Source: Trueperaceae bacterium (GTDB lineage: Bacteria; Deinococcota; Deinococci; Deinococcales; Trueperaceae). From it: 64,000 nt of DNA. The translations under genes and the position numbers were made by a program. The DNA is taken from positions 2,464,001 to 2,528,000 of the forward strand of contig OZ243927.1 of NCBI GenBank assembly GCA_965213925.1, given 5' to 3'. Position 1 is the stretch's first letter. Each line of letters begins with the position of its first letter. Below are positions 58,901-64,000 of the stretch, piece by piece. Under the pieces are notes generated by a model. That model searched no databases. It was not told the origin of the DNA and saw only the letters and a program-made list of their open reading frames with translations.

Positions 58901-60351
58901 TGCTAGACATCAACTGGCTCAACTTCACGCCGCCCTTAGTGCTCCTCGTCACCGCTTCTACCGGCGTGCTCTTCGCCCTCACGCAGAGGAGCAGTAAGCC
59001 AACCGCCCTTTTGAGCCTCGTCGGTTTAGCAGTCGCGGCAGGCTTCAACGCCCAACTTTTCGTCCAGAGTAACGCGGAGCAACTCGGCTCGTTCGGCTTT
59101 CGCTATTTAGCAGACCGCCCGGCATTGGCGCTCAACTTCGTCATCATCCTCGGCACGGCGCTCGCTATTCTGATTTCCTACGATTACCTCAAGCGCACCG
59201 AACTGGGGCACCCTGAATACTATCCGCTGATTTTGCTCAGCGCCACGGGCGCGATGATCATGGTGGCGGCGGGTGACTTGATTGTCCTGGTCCTCGGTTT
59301 AGAGATCATGTCTCTAGCCGTCTACGTTCTCTCGGCCTGGCGGCAAAATGCGCGTGAATCCGAAGAGGCGGGGATGAAATACTTCCTCTTGGGCGCGTTC
59401 GCGTCGGCGTTCCTCATCTACGGCATCGCGCTGATGTACGGTGCAACGGGACAGTTTACCTACTTCGGCATTGCAGAAGCGCTGACAGCAGAAGGCTTTA
59501 GTCAAGGACTTCTCGCCACGCTCGGCGGCGTGTTCATCTTAGGCGGTTTAGGCTTCAAAGCGGCGCTTGCGCCCTTTCACCAGTGGTCGCCCGACGCCTA
59601 CACGGGTGCGCCCACCTCGGTCACTGCGTTCATGAGCATCGTCGTGAAAGCGGCGGCGTTCGCAGGCTTAGTGCGCGTCTTTACACTTATCTATCCAGAT
59701 TTGAGCGCGGTCGTCACGCAGAGCTTTGTCGTGCTCGTGGCGCTCACGCTCGTGGTGGGAAATTTGGCGGCGCTCTTGCAGCGCAGTGTGAAGCGGCTTT
59801 TGGCGTATTCGGCTGTTGCCCACGCAGGTTACTTAGGACTCGGCGTTTTAGCCGCGAATGAGGTCGGCACGCAGGCTTTGATCTGGTACTTAACGGCTTA
59901 CACCTTGATGAACGCGGGCGCGTTTGCTGTCCTGACCATGATCAGCGATAAGAACGACCACGGCGACGACTTGGAGCGCTTTGCCGGTTTAGGACAGAAA
60001 CGCCCTTGGCTCGCCGCGATGATGACGCTCTTCTTGCTCAGCTTGGCGGGGATTCCGCCCTTTGCGGGCTTTATGGGTAAAATTTTGGTCTTTCAAGCGG
60101 CGATCCAAGCGGAATACATCTCACTGGCGGTCATCGGCATTTTGACGAGCATCGTCGCCGTCGTCTACTACTTCCGCGTGATTGCCTACATGTACTTCCG
60201 CGAAGTGGAGTACGAACCGCTCAATATCCAGAGCCGTGCGACGAACATTGCCATCGGCGTGGCGGCGTTTGGTACGGTGGCTTTGGGACTTCTACCGGGT
60301 TGGTGGTATGGACTCCTTAGTGCAGGGCGGCAGCTTATCGCAGGGCTCTAA
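58900..60351 (+). CDS. nuoN: NADH-quinone oxidoreductase subunit N
   Basis: EAGMKYF, PFHQWSPDAYTGAP, KRLLAYS, SLAGIPPFAGFMGK. Confidence 0.96.
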   Translation: MLDINWLNFTPPLVLLVTASTGVLFALTQRSSKPTALLSLVGLAVAAGFNAQLFVQSNAEQLGSFGFRYLADRPALALNFVIILGTALAILISYDYLKRTELGHPEYYPLILLSATGAMIMVAAGDLIVLVLGLEIMSLAVYVLSAWRQNARESEEAGMKYFLLGAFASAFLIYGIALMYGATGQFTYFGIAEALTAEGFSQGLLATLGGVFILGGLGFKAALAPFHQWSPDAYTGAPTSVTAFMSIVVKAAAFAGLVRVFTLIYPDLSAVVTQSFVVLVALTLVVGNLAALLQRSVKRLLAYSAVAHAGYLGLGVLAANEVGTQALIWYLTAYTLMNAGAFAVLTMISDKNDHGDDLERFAGLGQKRPWLAAMMTLFLLSLAGIPPFAGFMGKILVFQAAIQAEYISLAVIGILTSIVAVVYYFRVIAYMYFREVEYEPLNIQSRATNIAIGVAAFGTVALGLLPGWWYGLLSAGRQLIAGL

Positions 60352-60370
60352 AACCGTTCTCAATTCATTT

Positions 60371-60404
60371 GACCTCTTCTCGTAAAATAGAAGAGGTCTT
60401 TTTT
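60371..60404 (+). terminator. Terminator of the nuo operon (duplicated at 60695-60728)
   Basis: GACCTCTTCT-CGTAAAAT-AGAAGAGGTC-TTTTTT. Confidence 0.85.
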
Positions 60405-60508
60405 ACTCTCCTGACTGACGTGCGTAGTTGCGCACCCTCATTCCCCTCGAGCCCACCATTCCCAACCGCGCATGAAAGGGCTGAAGCTCCTCGTCGCACA
60501 AGAGGTCA

Positions 60509-60676
60509 GGTCTTACTTCCCACGTTGAGCGCTTCAACAACGCACTCAGGCAACGTCTTGCGCACGAAGCGAGCAAGACGTTGGCATTCTCTAAGTCCGA
60601 GCATATGCATCTTACCTGTCTACACCGCTTCCTCGTCCGTTACAACCTGGAGATCATTCGGGATTGAACCACTACC
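60509..60676 (+). mobile_element. IS1-family remnant: transposase C-terminus plus right end
   Basis: Hand translation TSHVERFNNALRQRLAHEASKTLAFSKSEHMHLTCLHRFLVRYN; end TGAACCACTACC (reverse complement GGTAGTGGTTCA, IS1-like GGTA terminus). Confidence 0.82.
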
Positions 60677-60726
60677 ACCGTTCTCAATTCATTTGACCTC
60701 TTCTCGTAAAATAGAAGAGGTCTTTT

Positions 60727-61118
60727 TTACTCTCCTGACTGACGTGCGTAGTTGCGCACCCTCATTCCCCTCGAGCCTACCATTCCCAACCGCGCATGAA
60801 ACCGTCGCACAAGAGGTCAACTATGTAGAGGTGGCTGAGTTTGTCCAGCATTCGGCGCATGAGGCTCGAGCCGATACCTCTTCCTTGATAGTCGGGGAGT
60901 ACCTCGAGTAGTGGAATGTAGGCGCAGAGGATACCGTCCGAAACTGCTGTAGCGAAACCGACGACGCGGTTGACCTCTTCGTCAAAGGCTAGAACGATGT
61001 GGCTGCTCTCTCGCAGAAGCTCGAGCAACACCTCTTCCGAGGGCGGCTCAGACCAACCCACAAAGAAGCCTGTGAGCTGTTCGGCCGAGATATTTTGGGG
61101 AGACTCGAGGTAAACCAT
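60727..61118 (-). pseudogene. GNAT acetyltransferase, frameshifted near the C-terminus
   Basis: LEVLPDYQGRGIGSSLM motif A; the deletion after DLLCD gives a premature stop at 60777; the intact tail survives in the other repeat copy. Confidence 0.8.
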
Positions 61119-61207
61119 GCCCCAAAGTGTAATCAATTCCACTCACCTCTTTAAGACACGAAAATTCACCCCGTGTAAGCGCTGTGGGTCACTACAATAC
61201 GAGGTAT

Positions 61208-62260
61208 ATGGACCTCCAGTTTATGAAAATCCTGATTGTCGATGACGAAGAAGTCAACGTTTTGCTTCTTAAAGGCATCTTGCAGCGGGCGGGCTTTACG
61301 CAGTTCACGGCGCTACGCAACTCGAGCAAAATCGTCGAGACCTTCTTATCCTGTCAGCCTGATTTGATCCTTTTGGACCTGCACATGCCGCAGAAAGACG
61401 GCTTCGAAATCATGGCGGAACTCGCGCCGTATCTCGAAGCGCCTAACTACCTCCCCGTTTTGATGCTCACCGCCGATGACCGCCCGGAGAACCGGCAACG
61501 GGCACTCAGCGAAGGGGCTCGAGACTTCCTCCCGAAACCTTTCGACAGCAGCGAGGTCGTGCTGCGCGTGCGCAACCTTTTAGAAGCGCGCTACTTTCAC
61601 ATGCAGTTGCAGAGCCAGAACGAGCGCTTAGAGAAGCAAGTTGCAGAGCGGACGCAGCAGTTGGAGGGTGCCCAAATCGAGATGCTCGTGCGCCTCGCAA
61701 AGGCGGCAGAATATCGCGACGAGGAGACGGGCGAGCACACCTGGCGCGTGGCGCATACCTGTTCGCTCTTAGCGCGGGAGCTGGGGTTAGGGGCTGAACG
61801 CGCCGGCATGCTGCTGCGCGCTGCGCGGCTCCACGACGTCGGTAAAATCGCCATTCCCGACGGCATCTTGCTCAAGCCCACGAAGCTCACGCCAGAGGAG
61901 TATAGCGTCGTCAAAACGCATACGACGGTGGGCGCGCGGCTCCTCTCAGGTGGACAATCTCCGCTGATGAAACTCGCCGAACTCATCGCCTTAAATCACC
62001 ACGAACGCTTCGACGGCTCGGGCTATCCGCAGGGCTTAAAAGGTCAGAAAATCCCTATCGAAGGGCGCATCATGGCGGTTGCCGACACCTTCGACGCGCT
62101 GACGCATGACCGCATCCACCGCAAGGCGTGGAGCGTACCGGACGCTGTGGTCGAGATCGAATCGCAAAGGGGCAAGCAGTTTGACCCAGCCGTCGTAGAC
62201 GCCTTCATGAGCCTTTTGGAGCGCGGCGAGATCGTCACGACGATGCGGGACGCGGCTTAG
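61208..62260 (+). CDS. Response regulator with HD-GYP c-di-GMP phosphodiesterase domain (RpfG-like)
   Basis: REC (IVDD, LLDLHMP) plus LHDVGKI, HHERFDGSGYP, ADTFDALT. Confidence 0.93.
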   Translation: MDLQFMKILIVDDEEVNVLLLKGILQRAGFTQFTALRNSSKIVETFLSCQPDLILLDLHMPQKDGFEIMAELAPYLEAPNYLPVLMLTADDRPENRQRALSEGARDFLPKPFDSSEVVLRVRNLLEARYFHMQLQSQNERLEKQVAERTQQLEGAQIEMLVRLAKAAEYRDEETGEHTWRVAHTCSLLARELGLGAERAGMLLRAARLHDVGKIAIPDGILLKPTKLTPEEYSVVKTHTTVGARLLSGGQSPLMKLAELIALNHHERFDGSGYPQGLKGQKIPIEGRIMAVADTFDALTHDRIHRKAWSVPDAVVEIESQRGKQFDPAVVDAFMSLLERGEIVTTMRDAA

Positions 62261-62462
62261 CAGATATTAGTAGACCAATCACCGGAAATCTCTCTATTTT
62301 GCCTCAACTTCATGACAGAGAAAGAGGCAAATGCAGTAGGGGGGATTCATGAATCTACGCCGCACATTCCCTCGTTGAGAAGAACGACTTTGAAAAATTC
62401 AAAGAGATTGAGCAGTACAAGGCGCTATTTCTACGTGAAAACTATGCTCGCGCAATTCAAGC

Positions 62463-62801
62463 TCAGTCTGACTTTTCAGTAGGCAGTTCCGCGTTTTTCC
62501 ACGCGAGGATGCCGCCCCCGACGTTGACGGCGTTATAGCCGTTTTGAAGGAGAAACTCGACCGCTTGGGCGCTCCGCGCGCCACTACGGCAATGCACCAC
62601 GACCTCTTCGCTTTTATCGGCGGGGAGGTCGTCTTCGTAGCGGCGCGTGAATTCGGACAAAGGCACGAGCTTCGCGCCGGGGATGCGCTCCTCGTCGTAC
62701 TCGTTTTGCTCGCGCACGTCGATAAAGAACGCGCCCTCGTCTACACGGCGCTTCGCTTCTAGCACGTCAATTTCTGGGACTTGATTCGGTTGCTTAGCCA
62801 T
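62463..62801 (-). CDS. Rhodanese-like domain protein
   Basis: IDVREQNEY, HCRSGARS, GGILAW. Confidence 0.92.
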   Translation of the reverse strand: MAKQPNQVPEIDVLEAKRRVDEGAFFIDVREQNEYDEERIPGAKLVPLSEFTRRYEDDLPADKSEEVVVHCRSGARSAQAVEFLLQNGYNAVNVGGGILAWKNAELPTEKSD

Positions 62802-62829
62802 TTCGCTACTATAGCGCTAAGTGAAGCAT

Positions 62830-62925
62830 TTCAGTGTGTCAGCTAGTCAGCACCGTTCGTTCAGCTCGACTGAATTTCCGGTTTTTAGTTTTTCCTGACT
62901 GGCTGACACACCGACTAGCTGAAGT
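62830..62925. repeat. Octamer hairpin repeat (GTCAGCTA/CTGACTAG family)
   Basis: tcagtgtg-tcagctag-tcagc ... ctgactgg-ctgacaca-ccgactag-ctga; related to 37385-37545. Confidence 0.65.
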
Positions 62926-63010
62926 CCAATCAAGCCGGATGAACGGTGCTCATTGGCTGAAATGCTCTTCAAACACCAAACCTCATCTGTCACTTCTTTA
63001 CACTGAAGAG

Positions 63011-63517
63011 GTGAACGATTCTACAGACCCCTATATCGAACGTATTTTCAGCGCGCTCGGAGACCGCGAACCGCTCACCGTCTTGGAGAGGACGCCGCGC
63101 CGCATTGAAGAACTTTACGAAACGTTCGGTGAGAGCGACCTAGAGCGCTCCTACGAAGCCGGTAAATGGAACGCTCGAGAAATCATCGCGCACTTAGCCG
63201 ACGTGGAACTCGGGTTAGGCTTCCGCTTTCGGCAGGCGTTAGCTGAAGAGAATTACGAACCGCAATCTTTTGACCAGGATATTTGGGCAAAACGGTACGC
63301 AAAGCTCGAGCCCTCTCTAGCCGTCGAGACTTTCCGCGCCCTCCGCGCTTGGAACTTGGCGCTTTTTACGACCTTCGAGCTGGTAGACTGGAATAAACAG
63401 GTAAGCTACCCCTTCGCAGGCATCGACACCGTAGACGCGATGGTGCACTTTCTAGCGGGGCACGACCTCAACCACTTGGAGCAGTTGGAAACCGTCGCCC
63501 GACTCTCGAAAAATTAG
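63011..63517 (+). CDS. DinB/YfiT family protein
   Basis: GKWNAREIIAHLADVE, FDQDIWA, AGHDLNHLEQL. Confidence 0.88.
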   Translation: MNDSTDPYIERIFSALGDREPLTVLERTPRRIEELYETFGESDLERSYEAGKWNAREIIAHLADVELGLGFRFRQALAEENYEPQSFDQDIWAKRYAKLEPSLAVETFRALRAWNLALFTTFELVDWNKQVSYPFAGIDTVDAMVHFLAGHDLNHLEQLETVARLSKN

Positions 63518-63617
63518 TGTGGGTGAGAGGTATTCGTAAATCTGGCTACATATCTTCTCACTCCTTTCACTCTAAAATCTATAGTGAGTAGTCGATTATT
63601 TGAGAAAGAGGTAGAAC

Positions 63618-64000
63618 ATGGCAAGTATCGCGGTTTCAGGTTGGGGTTTGACGGTTTTGCGCGTGGTGGTCGGTATCGTCTTTTTAGCGCACGGAATTGA
63701 CAAGTTCTTCATCACCGGTGTCGGTAATATCGCAGGCTTTTTCGGGCAAATCGGCATTCCGCTCGCCGGGCTCTCTGCTTTTCTAGTCGCGGCAATTGAA
63801 TTGGTCGGCGGCGCGGCGCTTATCGCGGGCTTTTTCACGCGCATCTTCGCGGCGCTCCTCGGGATCGTTGTCTTCGTCGCCATGCTACTCGTTCACGTCA
63901 GTAACGGCTTTTTCGCCTCGAGCGGTGGTATCGAACTCACCCTCACGTTGACGGCAGCGTGTATCGCCCTCGTCCTCTCTGGCGCAGGTGAAGCGGCGGT
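63618..64000 (+). CDS. DoxX family membrane protein (runs off the window end)
   Basis: Hand translation LRVVVGIVFLAHGIDK...IELVGGAALIAGFFTR...GGIEL; GAGG RBS. Confidence 0.88.
   Translation, partial: MASIAVSGWGLTVLRVVVGIVFLAHGIDKFFITGVGNIAGFFGQIGIPLAGLSAFLVAAIELVGGAALIAGFFTRIFAALLGIVVFVAMLLVHVSNGFFASSGGIELTLTLTAACIALVLSGAGEAA

Larger units (their letters stand above)
60353..60819. repeat. Direct repeat (60353-60508 and 60677-60819) containing the nuo terminator and the GNAT 3' end
   Basis: 125 bp near-identical at 324-bp offset, then a further shared CGTCGCACAAGAGGTCA; copy 2 has a net 13-bp deletion. Confidence 0.92.

Noticed and set aside
60369..60911. 180-aa plus-strand ORF with an internal repeat
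   Set aside because: By-product of the 324-bp-offset duplication; it runs through two terminators and antisense to the GNAT gene

Overview
A 64 kb, GC-rich bacterial chromosome segment. It is most likely Deinococcota (Truepera-like), inferred from the Thermus/Deinococcus-type nuo genes and the many signal peptides ending in ...AQ. Core content: two peptide ABC transporter clusters, SRP RNA (ffs, not in the ORF track), fructosamine kinase/LMW-PTP/rel, a PepF-SDR-M20-ABC peptide-utilisation operon, CtpA, an OsmF-like SBP, MATE, TrxC, AMP nucleosidase, DUF1338 plus an SSADH, a type III PKS-methyltransferase-FAD monooxygenase cluster, rbs ribose ABC genes, amino-acid ABC genes, the full nuoA-N operon (with SMI1/KNR4 and MOSC genes inserted), an HD-GYP response regulator, rhodanese, DinB and DoxX. 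Beyond the gene list: (i) many gene relics invisible or misread in the ORF track (GntR, KaiC::HisKA_3, sugar permease, PIN, UbiD, Maf, Fur, IS1); (ii) several nested families of intergenic miniature repeats (TA-flanked AGTA...TACT MITE-like elements, GTAG REPs, TGTCAT...TGACA elements, 7-8-mer hairpin arrays); (iii) apparent strong enrichment of the palindrome CTCGAG; (iv) a NuoG lacking all four N7 cluster cysteines; (v) an SRP RNA with a helix 8 stem one base pair short; (vi) an APCDD1-like secreted protein, a GGDMT-repeat secreted protein and a permease with an inserted PBP-like lobe. All family calls come from motif recognition by eye; no database search was run.
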